A stretch of DNA of 64,000 nucleotides from positions 32,001 to 96,000 of the forward strand of contig CBDCQT010000012.1 in the NCBI GenBank assembly GCA_965220745.1. Reading direction: 5' to 3'. How positions within the stretch are numbered: the first letter of the stretch is position 1; every line of letters begins with the position of its first letter. A program made the translations under genes and the position numbers. Below the pieces are notes generated by a model, which did no database searches, was not told the origin of the DNA, and saw nothing but the letters and a program-made list of their open reading frames with translations. This DNA is from Alphaproteobacteria bacterium (GTDB taxonomy: Bacteria > Pseudomonadota > Alphaproteobacteria > UBA828). This document shows positions 54,906-64,000 of the stretch, one piece after another.

Positions 54906-57131
54906 ATGGACCAAGACATCCTCTCCGAGCTTGCACCGAGCGGCACCCTGCGCGCGGGTATCAACCTGTCCAACTTCCTGCTGGTGACGGGCAGGGCATC
55001 GTCGGGCGACCCGATCGGCGTCGCACCCGACATGGCGCGCGCGATCGCAGATCGCCTGGGTGTCGCGGTCTCCTACATCACCTTCGCTTCGCCCGGCGAG
55101 CTCACCGATGCGGCGGGACGGGATCTTTGGGATATCGGCCTTATCGCCGCGGAGCCCGCGCGCGCGGAGACGATCGCGTTCTCTCCGCCGTACGTCGAGA
55201 TCGAGGCGACTTACATGGTTCCCGAGAGCAGCTCCCTCGCTGCGATCGAGGACGTCGACCGCCCCGGCATTCGCATCGCGGTATCTGACAGGAGCGCCTA
55301 CGACCTGTACCTGACGCGTCATCTCAAGCACGCCCAGCTGGTACGCGCGAAGGGTCTTGCGGCCGCCTTCGAGCTCTTCGTGAACGAGAAGCTCGACGCG
55401 CTCGCGGGCCTCAGGCCCGGTTTGATCGCGGACGCCGACAAGCTCCCCGGCGCTCGGATTCTCGACGGGCGCTTCACGGCCGTCCGGCAGGCGGTGGGCA
55501 CAGCGACGACCAACCGTGCGGGCGCCGCCTTCCTGGCCGACTTCGTCGAGGAGGCCAAGGCGAGCGGTCTCGTCGCCCGCCTGATCGATCGCCACGGCGT
55601 AACCGGTCGTCTCCTGGTCGCGCCGGAAAATCCCCCCTCGCCTGAGGATTGTGGACCCGAAGTGAATCCGCAGGCCCAGGCCGCCGGCGATCTTCAGATG
55701 TCGCGTGAGCAGATGCTCGACCTCGGGCAGAAGGCGCTTGAGCTCGTGGTAGAGCGGATCGAGAGCCTGCCGGGAGAGAATGCCTGGGAGGGCGAGTTCC
55801 GGCAGGTCCTCGAAGAGCAGCTGCTCGAGGACCCACCCGAGGACGGGAGGCCGGCATCAGAAGTGATCGAGCGGGCGGCACGCGAGGTTCTGCCGTTCAC
55901 GGCGCGAATCGACCACCCCCGCTGCTTCGGGTTCATCCCGTCATCGCCCACCTGGCCCGGCGTGGTGGCCGACTTCATGGCCGCCGGCTACCACATCAAT
56001 CAATGCACCTGGCTGGTCGCGAGCGGCCCCAGCCAGCTGGAGCTGGTCGTCATCGACTGGTTCAGGCGTTGGCTCGGCTATCCGGAGGGCGCGGGCGGGC
56101 TCTTCACCAGCGGCGGCTCGGCGGCGAGCGTCGACGCCTTCGTCGCGGCGCGCGAGGCGGCGGGCCACCCCGATCGCGCCGCCGTCTACATGAGCGACCA
56201 GAGCCACAGCGCGCTCTCCCGCGCGGCGATGATCGTGGGCGTCCGCCGCGAGCGCATTCGCATAATCCCCAGCGACACGCACTTTCGCATGGACCTGGAC
56301 GCACTCGCCCGCGCCGTCGCCGCCGACCGCAACGCCGATCTCACCCCCATCGCGGTCGCCGCCAACGCCGGCACGGCGGGCACGGGCGCCATCGACCGGC
56401 TCGATGAGTTGGCCGACTTTTGCGCGGCGGAAGGCCTCTGGCTGCATGTCGACGCCGCCTACGGCGGCTTCGCGGTGGTGACCGAGCGCGGCAAGCGGCT
56501 TCTCCGCGGCATCGAACGCGCCGATTCGGTCGGGCTGGATGCGCACAAGTGGCTCTTCCAGCCCTACGAGGCAGGCTGTCTGATGGTGAAGGACGAGAAT
56601 ACGCTCACGAACGCCTTCGGGGTCCGGCCCGACATCCTTCAGGACACGGTCTGGGGAGCAAACCATCCCAACTTCTCGAACCTCGGCCTGCAACTGAGCC
56701 GCTCGGTTCGTGCGCTGAAGGTCTGGATGTCGGTCCAGACCTTCGGCATGGCGGCGTTCCGGCGCGCTGTCGAGACGGGGATGCAGCTGGCCGAGACGGC
56801 GGAAGAGTACATCCGTGAGAGTCCAGTCCTGGAAGCCACAAGTACGCCGACGCTGGGGATCGTGTGCTTCCGGGTCAATCCGTCTGACGATGAACTCGAC
56901 GAGGCGGTGCTGGACAAGGTCAACAGGACGGTCCTCGCCCGCATGTTCTGGGATAATCCTGCGTTCATGTCGTCAATGCTGCTGCACGGGACGTTCACGC
57001 TCAGGATGTGCATCATCAACCACACCACGACCTGGGACGACGTGCGCGAGACCCTGGAGGCGGTCGAGCGCTTCGGGCAAGAAGCGCTGTCGAAGAGCGA
57101 CGCGCTCGACTCGCGGTCAAGAAGAGTCTGA
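54906..57131 (+). CDS. Fusion: SBP-fold domain plus group II PLP-dependent decarboxylase
   Basis: N-terminal ELAPSGTLRAGIN...DVDRPGIRIAV...SAYDLYL; C-terminal TSGGS, LHVDAAYGG, DAHKWLFQP; one uninterrupted ORF. Confidence 0.85.
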   Translation: MDQDILSELAPSGTLRAGINLSNFLLVTGRASSGDPIGVAPDMARAIADRLGVAVSYITFASPGELTDAAGRDLWDIGLIAAEPARAETIAFSPPYVEIEATYMVPESSSLAAIEDVDRPGIRIAVSDRSAYDLYLTRHLKHAQLVRAKGLAAAFELFVNEKLDALAGLRPGLIADADKLPGARILDGRFTAVRQAVGTATTNRAGAAFLADFVEEAKASGLVARLIDRHGVTGRLLVAPENPPSPEDCGPEVNPQAQAAGDLQMSREQMLDLGQKALELVVERIESLPGENAWEGEFRQVLEEQLLEDPPEDGRPASEVIERAAREVLPFTARIDHPRCFGFIPSSPTWPGVVADFMAAGYHINQCTWLVASGPSQLELVVIDWFRRWLGYPEGAGGLFTSGGSAASVDAFVAAREAAGHPDRAAVYMSDQSHSALSRAAMIVGVRRERIRIIPSDTHFRMDLDALARAVAADRNADLTPIAVAANAGTAGTGAIDRLDELADFCAAEGLWLHVDAAYGGFAVVTERGKRLLRGIERADSVGLDAHKWLFQPYEAGCLMVKDENTLTNAFGVRPDILQDTVWGANHPNFSNLGLQLSRSVRALKVWMSVQTFGMAAFRRAVETGMQLAETAEEYIRESPVLEATSTPTLGIVCFRVNPSDDELDEAVLDKVNRTVLARMFWDNPAFMSSMLLHGTFTLRMCIINHTTTWDDVRETLEAVERFGQEALSKSDALDSRSRRV

Positions 57132-57148
57132 CGCGCGGCGGCAGCGCA

Positions 57149-57258
57149 CCCCCTCCTCACCCCGACCCTCTCCTCCCCCGAGGGGAGGAGAGGGAGAACG
57201 GGCGGCGACGCCTGCGTTCCCCCTCCGCCTTCGGGGGAGGAGACAGGGGGAGGTGGGG
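57149..57258. repeat. Alphaproteobacterial CCCTCTCC-type palindromic intergenic repeat
   Basis: CCCTCTCCTCCCC-CGA-GGGGAGGAGAGGG plus a second C/G-rich hairpin between convergent genes. Confidence 0.7.
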
Positions 57259-57275
57259 CGCTGTGCCGCGCAGCA

Positions 57276-58103
57276 CTATCTGTAGGGCGAAAGCTCGGGC
57301 GGGAGTTCGTAGGACTCCCGCAGGCGGCGGTACTTGCCGGTGGCGACCATGGCGGCGACGGCGTGCTCGACCGCGTGGTGCAGCTTGTCGTTATCCGCGC
57401 GGATGGCGAAGCCGACCTCGCGCACCGGGCGGAACACGCCGTCGACCAAGCGGTTGCGCGAGTCGGGATCGGCGTCGACCGCCACCGCGCTCACGGTCTG
57501 GATAAAGTAGCCCTGCGCGTGCCCCATTGAGACCGGGAAGTGAGTCCAGCGCTCGTCGGGGAAGGAGTGGACGTGCATGGGCTCGCGGCCTGCTTCCTCG
57601 AACTCCCGGTTGAGGGCGTGGGCGAACTGCTCTCCCGTCGAGCCCGAAGTAACGGAGGTGACCCGGCCGCTCAGGTCGCCCGACTCGCGGATGCGGAATG
57701 GGTTGCCGCGTAGCACCATCAGGTGATCGCCGACCACCAGATAGGGCACGGTCTTGACGTTCGTGGGCTCTCCCCCCATGGCAAGGGTGTTGGCCGTATC
57801 CACCTCGCCCGCTGCGAGCGCCGCCGCCAGCTTCGCGCGGGGCAGGCGGACGACCTCCAGCTTGAGCCCGTGAGCCTCGGCGACGGCCTGCGCCATCTCG
57901 ACCTCGAAGCCGCGCACCACACCGTCCCTCTTGTAGGCGAATGGCTGGCCGGTGAGGGCGATGCCCACGGTGAGCGTGTTCTTGCTGTGCAGCGCCTGGT
58001 TCAGATCGACGTAGTGCGCCGCGGCCGCCGCCGGCGCGGCGACGAGCACGAGCAGGAACAGCGCGAGTCTGCGGACCATGCGTGCCATGGTGGTCCCCTT
58101 CAT
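57276..58103 (-). CDS. Polar amino-acid-type ABC substrate-binding protein
   Basis: Signal peptide RRLALFLLVLVAAPAAA; PFAY...GFEVEMA...TGKYRRL; ATGA overlap with choV (alternative start 58088). Confidence 0.82.
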   Translation of the reverse strand: MKGTTMARMVRRLALFLLVLVAAPAAAAAHYVDLNQALHSKNTLTVGIALTGQPFAYKRDGVVRGFEVEMAQAVAEAHGLKLEVVRLPRAKLAAALAAGEVDTANTLAMGGEPTNVKTVPYLVVGDHLMVLRGNPFRIRESGDLSGRVTSVTSGSTGEQFAHALNREFEEAGREPMHVHSFPDERWTHFPVSMGHAQGYFIQTVSAVAVDADPDSRNRLVDGVFRPVREVGFAIRADNDKLHHAVEHAVAAMVATGKYRRLRESYELPPELSPYR

Positions 58104-59338
58104 GGTTCGGGCGGCGGCGGCGCGGCCTCGGGCGCGTCCGCCTCCTCGGGCGGCGGGCCCGCGCCCCGGTGCACCAGCGCCGCCAACAGCTCCTTGGCGC
58201 CGATCACGCCGACCAACCGCCCACCGTCGTCGAGCAGCGGCATCGCCCGCCCGGTCTCGTGGCGCACCTCAAGCGCGGTGCGCATGGTCGTCTCGGGCCT
58301 GCCGGCGACGATCGTGCCGTTGCCGAGCGAGTCAAGATCGAGGCCGTCACGGTACGGCACGAGCACGGCCCGCGCGCCTTCGAGGCTGAACGCCTCGGGG
58401 CGCCCGTCCGCGTCCAGCCGGCAGAACATGGCCGATGCCTCGTCGAGCAGGTGAACGTCGTCCTCGCTGCGGAGCTCGGCCAGCGGGCGCATCAACGTGA
58501 CGCCGCGCAGGACGTTGAGCGGATTCACGTTGGCGACGAACTGACGCACGTATTCGTCCGCCGGCTCGGTGACGATCTGCTCCGGCGGCCCGACCTGAAT
58601 GATGCGTCCGCCCTCCATGATGGCGATGCGCGTGCCGATCTTCAGCGCCTCGTCGAGGTCGTGGCTCACGAACAGGATGGTGCGGCGCAGCGTCTCCTGC
58701 AACGCCAGCAGCTCGTCCTGCAGGCGCTCGCGGATCAGCGGATCGAGGGCGGAGAAAGGCTCGTCCATCAGCAGGATTTCGGCATCGGTGGCGAAGGCGC
58801 GGGCGAGCCCCACGCGCTGCTGCATGCCGCCGGAAAGCTCGTGCGGGTAGTGGTCGAGCCACGAGCCCAGCCCCACCTGCTCCAGCACCTCCGCCACCCG
58901 CTTGCGGCGCTCGGCCTTGGGCACGCCGCGCACCTCCAGCCCGAAGGCGACGTTGGCGCCGATGGTCCGCCACGGCATCAGCGCGAATTGCTGGAAGACC
59001 ATGGAAACGCGGTCCATGCGCAGCCTGCGCATGAGCTTGGGGTCGCAGTCGGTGACGTCGATCTCCGTGCCGCCGTCGTCGATCAGGACCCGTCCGCGCG
59101 TGGCCTGGTTGAGGCCGTTGACGCAGCGGAGCAGGGTCGACTTGCCGGAGCCCGAGAGCCCCATGAGGACGAAGATCTCGCCGGCCTCGACCTGAAGCGA
59201 GGCATCCTGCACGCCGACCACCTGGCCGGTCTCCTCGAAGATGCGGTCCTTGTCGGCGCCGGCATCGAGCAGGGCAATCGCCTCCTTGACCCGCCGGCCA
59301 AAGATGACATCGACCCGGTCGAAGGTGATGACGGCCAT
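58100..59338 (-). CDS. choV: Choline/betaine ABC ATP-binding protein
   Basis: GLSGSGKST, VFQQFAL, LSGGMQQRVG, DEPFSALDPLIR. Confidence 0.9.
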   Translation of the reverse strand: MAVITFDRVDVIFGRRVKEAIALLDAGADKDRIFEETGQVVGVQDASLQVEAGEIFVLMGLSGSGKSTLLRCVNGLNQATRGRVLIDDGGTEIDVTDCDPKLMRRLRMDRVSMVFQQFALMPWRTIGANVAFGLEVRGVPKAERRKRVAEVLEQVGLGSWLDHYPHELSGGMQQRVGLARAFATDAEILLMDEPFSALDPLIRERLQDELLALQETLRRTILFVSHDLDEALKIGTRIAIMEGGRIIQVGPPEQIVTEPADEYVRQFVANVNPLNVLRGVTLMRPLAELRSEDDVHLLDEASAMFCRLDADGRPEAFSLEGARAVLVPYRDGLDLDSLGNGTIVAGRPETTMRTALEVRHETGRAMPLLDDGGRLVGVIGAKELLAALVHRGAGPPPEEADAPEAAPPPPEP

Positions 59339-60213
59339 CAGCGTGCGGCGGAGCCGCGCTTGCCCTTGCGCCTCTCGACCTGCTTCAGGATGCGATCGAG
59401 CACAATGGCGACGACCACGATGGCCAGTCCGGCCTCGAAGCCCTGCGCGACGTTGACCGTGGTGAGCGCACGCACCACCGGCACGCCGAGGCCGTCGGCC
59501 CCCACCAGGGCTGCGATCACCACCATCGAGAGCGAGAGCATGATGCACTGGGTAACCCCCTGCATGATGCTCGGCATGGCATGAGGAAGCTCGACCTTGA
59601 GCAGAAGCTGCGTGTCGCTGGCGCCGAAGGCGCGGCCCGCCTCCAGCAGCGGTCGGGGCGCGCTGGAGATGCCGAGATGGGTGAGGCGGATGGGCGCCGG
59701 GATGGCGAAGATCACGGTGGAGATCAGCCCCGGCACCAGGCCGAGCCCGAAGAAGGTGAGCGTCGGGATCAGATAGACGAAGGGCGGGATGGTCTGCATC
59801 AGATCGAGGATCGGCCGCAGCATCCGGTAGAGCCAGGGCCGGTGCGCCGCAGCGATGCCGATGGGCACGCCCACCAGGATGCAGACGACGGTGGACGCCG
59901 AGACCAGCACCACCGTGAACAGCATCTCGTCCCAGTAGCCGATGTTGAGGACCAGCAGCAGCCCGATGACCACGCCGATCACGAGCACGATGCTGCGATG
60001 CAGATAAAAGGCGACAGCCGCCACGAGGAAGACAAAGACCGGCGGCGGGATCAGGCCGAGGAAGTAGGCGAAGGCTTCGAGCACCCAGTCCAGGCCGCCG
60101 GAGAACGCTCGAAGCTCGTGGAAGAAGTTGTCCTTGATGAACTCGATTGCGTTGGCGACCCACTTGCCGATCGGAATTTTCTCGGTAAGGACTCCGAGAT
60201 CGTCGGTGCCCAT
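59338..60213 (-). CDS. choW: Choline/betaine ABC permease
   Basis: LDLMQTIPPFVYLIP, IRLTHLG, IMLSLSMVVIAA. Confidence 0.9.
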   Translation of the reverse strand: MGTDDLGVLTEKIPIGKWVANAIEFIKDNFFHELRAFSGGLDWVLEAFAYFLGLIPPPVFVFLVAAVAFYLHRSIVLVIGVVIGLLLVLNIGYWDEMLFTVVLVSASTVVCILVGVPIGIAAAHRPWLYRMLRPILDLMQTIPPFVYLIPTLTFFGLGLVPGLISTVIFAIPAPIRLTHLGISSAPRPLLEAGRAFGASDTQLLLKVELPHAMPSIMQGVTQCIMLSLSMVVIAALVGADGLGVPVVRALTTVNVAQGFEAGLAIVVVAIVLDRILKQVERRKGKRGSAAR

Positions 60214-60309
60214 GACGCCCCTCCCCGACCGGACGGGACAGGCGGCCGGCGCCTCTCAGCACCGACCGCCCGCAGACTCGGCCCGCTGGACCGCCCGCGT
60301 AATCGGTCG

Positions 60310-61260
60310 CTACATGCCGAGATGGGCCTTCACGGCAGCCGCGCCATCCTGGCCGTCAAGCGTGGTCACGCCCGTGAGCCACTCGTCGACCAGCTCGGGG
60401 TGCATCTCGACGAGCTTCCGGGCGGCCGCCTGCGGGTCCATCCCGTCGTCGAGCATATAGCCCATCATCTCGTTCTCAAGCGCCAACGAGAAGCGCAGGT
60501 TCTTCAGCAGCGCGCCCACGTTGGGGCAGGCCTCGGTATAGCCGGCGTGGGCCAGCGTGTAGACCGTGGCGCCGCCGAAGTTGGCGCCGAAGTAGTCGTC
60601 GCCGCCATCGAGATAGCTCATGTCGAAGCGGCGGTTCATGGGATGCGGCTCCCAGCCGAGGAAGACGATCCACTCGTCGCTCCTGACCGCGGCCTCGACC
60701 TGGGAGAGCATGCCCTGCTCGCTCGATTCCACGACCTCGAAGCCACTGAGGCCGAAGGCGTTGTCGTCGATCATGCCCTGGATGATCATGTTGCCGTCGT
60801 TGCCGGGCTCGATGCCGTAGAACTTGCTGTCGAACTTGTCGGCATGGGCGGCGATGTCGCCGAAGGTCTTGACCCCTGCCTCGAAAACATAGGTGGGCAC
60901 GGCGAGGGTGTACTTGGCGCCCTCGAGATTGACGCCCACGTTCTCGACGGTGCCGTCGTTGAAGTAGGGGTCGATCATGCTCTGCTGGGTCGGCAGCCAG
61001 AGCCCGAGAAAGGCGTCGATATCGCCGTTGGAAAGGCTGGCGAAGGTCACCGGCACCGAAAGCACGGTCGCCTTCGGCTCGTAGCCGAGCCCTTCGAGGA
61101 CGGTGGTTGCCACGGCGGTGGTCGCCGTGATGCAGCTCCAGCCGACATCCGAGAATTCCACCTCGCTGCAGGTGGCGGCGTCGTCGGCATAAGCATTGCC
61201 CGCCATGGCCGCGGCGCCCATGGCGACGGCGGCGATTGCAGATGTCATCCGAATGTGCAT
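60310..61260 (-). CDS. choX: Choline ABC substrate-binding protein
   Basis: FSDVGW, FLGLWLP, YGIEPGNDGN, SSEQGML, GWEPHPMN. Confidence 0.9.
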   Translation of the reverse strand: MHIRMTSAIAAVAMGAAAMAGNAYADDAATCSEVEFSDVGWSCITATTAVATTVLEGLGYEPKATVLSVPVTFASLSNGDIDAFLGLWLPTQQSMIDPYFNDGTVENVGVNLEGAKYTLAVPTYVFEAGVKTFGDIAAHADKFDSKFYGIEPGNDGNMIIQGMIDDNAFGLSGFEVVESSEQGMLSQVEAAVRSDEWIVFLGWEPHPMNRRFDMSYLDGGDDYFGANFGGATVYTLAHAGYTEACPNVGALLKNLRFSLALENEMMGYMLDDGMDPQAAARKLVEMHPELVDEWLTGVTTLDGQDGAAAVKAHLGM

Positions 61261-61307
61261 TGAACCCTCCCTCACGCTCGCTTCGTTCAGGCGACTCTCG
61301 CAATCTT

Positions 61308-61336
61308 TTGTTGATTGGTCAACCAACCAATATAAT
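61308..61336 (+). promoter_or_regulatory. BetI operator overlapping the betI promoter
   Basis: Imperfect palindrome TTGATTGG-TCAA-CCAACCAA (61311-61330) between TTGTTG and TATAAT (61331-61336) in the divergent choX/betI gap. Confidence 0.75.
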
Positions 61337-61359
61337 GGTCCCGAGTACAGGAGTAGCCG

Positions 61360-61941
61360 ATGCCAAAGACCGGAATGGCGCCCGTGCGCCGGCGCGCCTT
61401 CGTCGAGGCCGCGATCAGGAGCATTCACGACCGGGGGTTCGTCGACCTGACTACCGGCGACGTCGCGCGGGAGGCCGGCCTCTCCCAGGGGCTGGTCCAC
61501 CACTACTTCGGCTCCAAGGGCGCGCTCATCATCGCCACCATGCGCCACCTCCTGATCGAGTTCGGCGCCGGCATCAGGGAGCGCCTGCGCGAAGCCAAGA
61601 CCCCGCGCGAGCGGCTTTCCGCGATCATGGACGGCAGCTTCTGCGACGAGCAGCTCCAGCCCGAGGTGATCTCCGCCTGGCTCACGTTCTACGTGCAGGC
61701 CCTTACGGAGCCGGAGGTGCGCCGCTTGCTGCTCATCTACCAACGCCGGCTGATCAGCAACCTGCGTCACGAGTACCGGCAGTTGCCGACGCGGGAGACG
61801 GCGGAAATCGCCGCCGAATCCACCGCGGCCATGATCGACGGGCTGTGGCTCCGCCGCGTTCTCGGTGACACGGAGCCCCACGGCGAGAGCGCGATGGCGA
61901 TCATGGAGGCGCACATCGACAGCCAGCTCGAGTCTTTTTGA
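61360..61941 (+). CDS. betI: Transcriptional repressor BetI
   Basis: MPKTGMAPVRR, HYFGSK, WLTFY, RRLISNL, AMIDGLWLR. Confidence 0.95.
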   Translation: MPKTGMAPVRRRAFVEAAIRSIHDRGFVDLTTGDVAREAGLSQGLVHHYFGSKGALIIATMRHLLIEFGAGIRERLREAKTPRERLSAIMDGSFCDEQLQPEVISAWLTFYVQALTEPEVRRLLLIYQRRLISNLRHEYRQLPTRETAEIAAESTAAMIDGLWLRRVLGDTEPHGESAMAIMEAHIDSQLESF

Positions 61942-61943
61942 TG

Positions 61944-62030
61944 TCCCTCAAGCGCCGGGCGCTCACTCCGTTCGCTTGGCTCTGCGCTACGCGCGCGGCG
62001 CGGTCGCGCCGTCCGGGCCTTCGGCCCGGT
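61944..62030 (-). repeat. Dispersed palindromic repeat, copy B
   Basis: Reverse complement closely matches 8492-8580. Confidence 0.85.
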
Positions 62031-62079
62031 GCTCCTGACCGAGCGGCGGCGGGCGCGTGATCTCGATAACTGCAGATCG

Positions 62080-63750
62080 ATGACCGCCCGCTTCGACGAC
62101 GAGTTCGACTATGTGATCGTGGGATCGGGGTCCGCCGGCTGTGTGCTCGCCGCGCGGCTCTCCGAAGACGAGCGCAACCGCGTGCTGGTGCTGGAGCACG
62201 GCGGCACCGATGCCGGCCCGCTTATTCAGATGCCGGCCGCCCTCTCCTACCCCATGAACATGCCCCGCTACGACTGGGGCTTCGTGACCGAGCCCGAGCC
62301 CCACCTCGGCGGGCGGCGGCTCGCGACGCCGCGCGGCAAGGTGATCGGCGGCTCCTCCTCCATCAACGGCATGGTCTACGTGCGCGGCAACGCCTGCGAC
62401 TTCGACACCTGGGAGGAGCTGGGCGCGGCGGGCTGGGGCTATCGCCACGTGCTGCCCTACTACCGGCGCATGGAGCACGCGCACGGCGGGCAGGCCGGGT
62501 GGCGCGGCAGCGACGGCCCGCTCCATATCACCCGCGGGCCGATGGAGAACCCCCTCTACAAGGGCTTCGTCAAGGCGGGCGAGCAGGCCGGCTACGCGGT
62601 CACGGCCGACTACAACGGCGAGCGCCAGGAAGGGTTCGGCGCCATGGAGATGACCGTGTGGCGCGGGCGCCGCTGGTCAGCCGCCAACGCCTATCTCAAG
62701 TCCGCGCTGCAGCGCCGCAACTTAGCGCTCCGGTCGCGGGCCCACGTCCGTCGCGTGGTGATGGAGGGCAAGCGCGCGGTCGGCGTCGAGTACGAGACCG
62801 GCGGCACGATCCGTCGCGTGCGCGCGAACGCCGAGGTCATCCTCGCGGCGTCGTCGATCAACTCGCCGAAGCTCCTCATGCTCTCCGGCATCGGCCGGGC
62901 AGAGCAGCTGCAGGAGCACGGCATCGAGGTCGTGGCCGACCGGCCCGGCGTCGGCGCCAACCTGCAGGACCATCTGGAAATTTACCTGCAAGTGAAGTGC
63001 CGGCAGCCGATCACGCTCTATCGCCACTGGAACCTGTTCTCCAAGGCCATGATCGGCGCGCGCTGGCTCATGTTCAGGGACGGGCTCGGCGCCACCAATC
63101 ACTTCGAATCCTGCGGGTTCATCCGCTCCCGTGCGGGCGTCAGGTACCCGAACATCCAGTACCACTTCCTGCCCTTCGCGGTGCGCTACGACGGCAAGGC
63201 CGCCGCCGAAGGCCACGGCTTCCAGACCCACGTCGGGCCGATGCGCTCGAAGTCGCGGGGCCGGGTGCGGCTCACGTCATCGGAGCCCGCGGCGGCGCCC
63301 TCGATCCTCTTCAACTACATGTCCCACGAGGAGGACTGGCAGATTTTTCGGGCCTGCATCCGGCTGACGCGGGAGATTCTCTCGCAGCCCGCGCTCGCCG
63401 ATTACACAGGCGAGGAGATCGCGCCGGGCTCGAAGGTGCAGAGCGACGACGAGATCGACGCGTTCGTGGAGGGTGCCGTGGAGAGCGCCTACCATCCCTG
63501 CGGCACCTGCCGCATGGGCGCGGCCGACGATGCCGACGCGGTGGTTGACCCAGCCTGCCGCGTCATCGGGGTGGATGGGCTGCGCGTGGCCGACAGCTCG
63601 ATCTTCCCGCACATCACCAACGGCAACCTCAACGCGCCCTCCATCATGGTGGGCGAGAAGGCGTCGGACCACATTCTCGGCCGCGAGCCGCTGCCGCCGG
63701 CCAACGACGTGCCCTGGGTCCACCCCGACTGGGAGAACCAGCAACGCTAG
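62080..63750 (+). CDS. betA: Choline dehydrogenase
   Basis: [44 protein letters not shown]. Confidence 0.97.
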   Translation: MTARFDDEFDYVIVGSGSAGCVLAARLSEDERNRVLVLEHGGTDAGPLIQMPAALSYPMNMPRYDWGFVTEPEPHLGGRRLATPRGKVIGGSSSINGMVYVRGNACDFDTWEELGAAGWGYRHVLPYYRRMEHAHGGQAGWRGSDGPLHITRGPMENPLYKGFVKAGEQAGYAVTADYNGERQEGFGAMEMTVWRGRRWSAANAYLKSALQRRNLALRSRAHVRRVVMEGKRAVGVEYETGGTIRRVRANAEVILAASSINSPKLLMLSGIGRAEQLQEHGIEVVADRPGVGANLQDHLEIYLQVKCRQPITLYRHWNLFSKAMIGARWLMFRDGLGATNHFESCGFIRSRAGVRYPNIQYHFLPFAVRYDGKAAAEGHGFQTHVGPMRSKSRGRVRLTSSEPAAAPSILFNYMSHEEDWQIFRACIRLTREILSQPALADYTGEEIAPGSKVQSDDEIDAFVEGAVESAYHPCGTCRMGAADDADAVVDPACRVIGVDGLRVADSSIFPHITNGNLNAPSIMVGEKASDHILGREPLPPANDVPWVHPDWENQQR

Positions 63751-63751
63751 G

Positions 63752-63872
63752 CCGGGCCGCAGGCCCGGACGGCGCGACTGCGCCGCGCGCGAATGCGCGT
63801 AGCGTCGTGCGGCCACGCGCGCGGAGCGCGCGATCGAGCGGAGCGAGCGCCCGGCGCCTGAGGGAAATGAAC
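63752..63872 (+). repeat. Dispersed palindromic repeat, copy C (internal expansion)
   Basis: Same 5' double hairpin and same 3' GAGCGGAGCGAGCGCCCGGCG..TGAGGGAAA as copy A. Confidence 0.85.
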
Positions 63873-63965
63873 AGTCGTGGCCCACCGGTGTTGCCCGCCC
63901 CCGCCCCCGGTGAGACAGTGGGCTGAAATTGATTCGCAACTGACGACAGCGACAAGGAGGGAGCG

Positions 63966-64000
63966 ATGGAAGTCCGCGCGGCACTGGCGACCGGCGCAGG
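63966..64000 (+). CDS. Start of a CDS, possibly a Zn-dependent (class III-like) alcohol dehydrogenase; runs off the window
   Basis: AAGGAGG SD; MEVRAALATGA; only 11 codons visible. Confidence 0.45.
   Translation, partial: MEVRAALATGA

Noticed and set aside
58100-60262. 720-aa ORF implying an extended ChoV (similarly 60310-61914 and 45717-47258)
   Set aside because: The extensions are off-frame or antisense overlaps of neighbouring genes; true starts are 59338, 61260 and 46697.

Overview
High-GC alphaproteobacterial chromosome segment. The assignment rests on an alpha-type GAAC-N7-GTAC LexA box at recA, class II DAHP synthase and purL-bolA-grxD synteny; Rhodospirillales-like placement is an inference. 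Bases 1-7.3 kb are a pile-up of mobile DNA: a tandem pair of intact tyrosine recombinases next to a second, diverged and partly deleted pair, a 3'-truncated IS630, a 169-bp IS630-type MITE, a truncated IS21 and one and a half copies of an IS3/IS407 element. The backbone carries gor, DAHP synthase-pncB-nadE-cysS-trmJ-rpsD, purC-S-Q-L-bolA-grxD, aspS, guaB, alaS, recA, tRNA-Ile2(CAT), typA and choXWV/betI/betA. Accessory patches are: a 35-bp direct-repeat-flanked low-GC islet encoding an unannotated 40-aa secreted two-Cys peptide and a membrane-anchored orphan; a TbpB-like lipoprotein with a Doc toxin-antitoxin pair; a Rieske oxygenase module; a low-GC stand-alone class III cyclase behind an orphan antitoxin-like ORF; an amide/lactam-type catabolic cluster; and an SBP-fold/PLP-decarboxylase fusion. 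The best candidates for something undescribed are the two-recombinase element, the micropeptide islet and the SBP-decarboxylase fusion. All calls come from reading the sequence and motifs; no searches were run.
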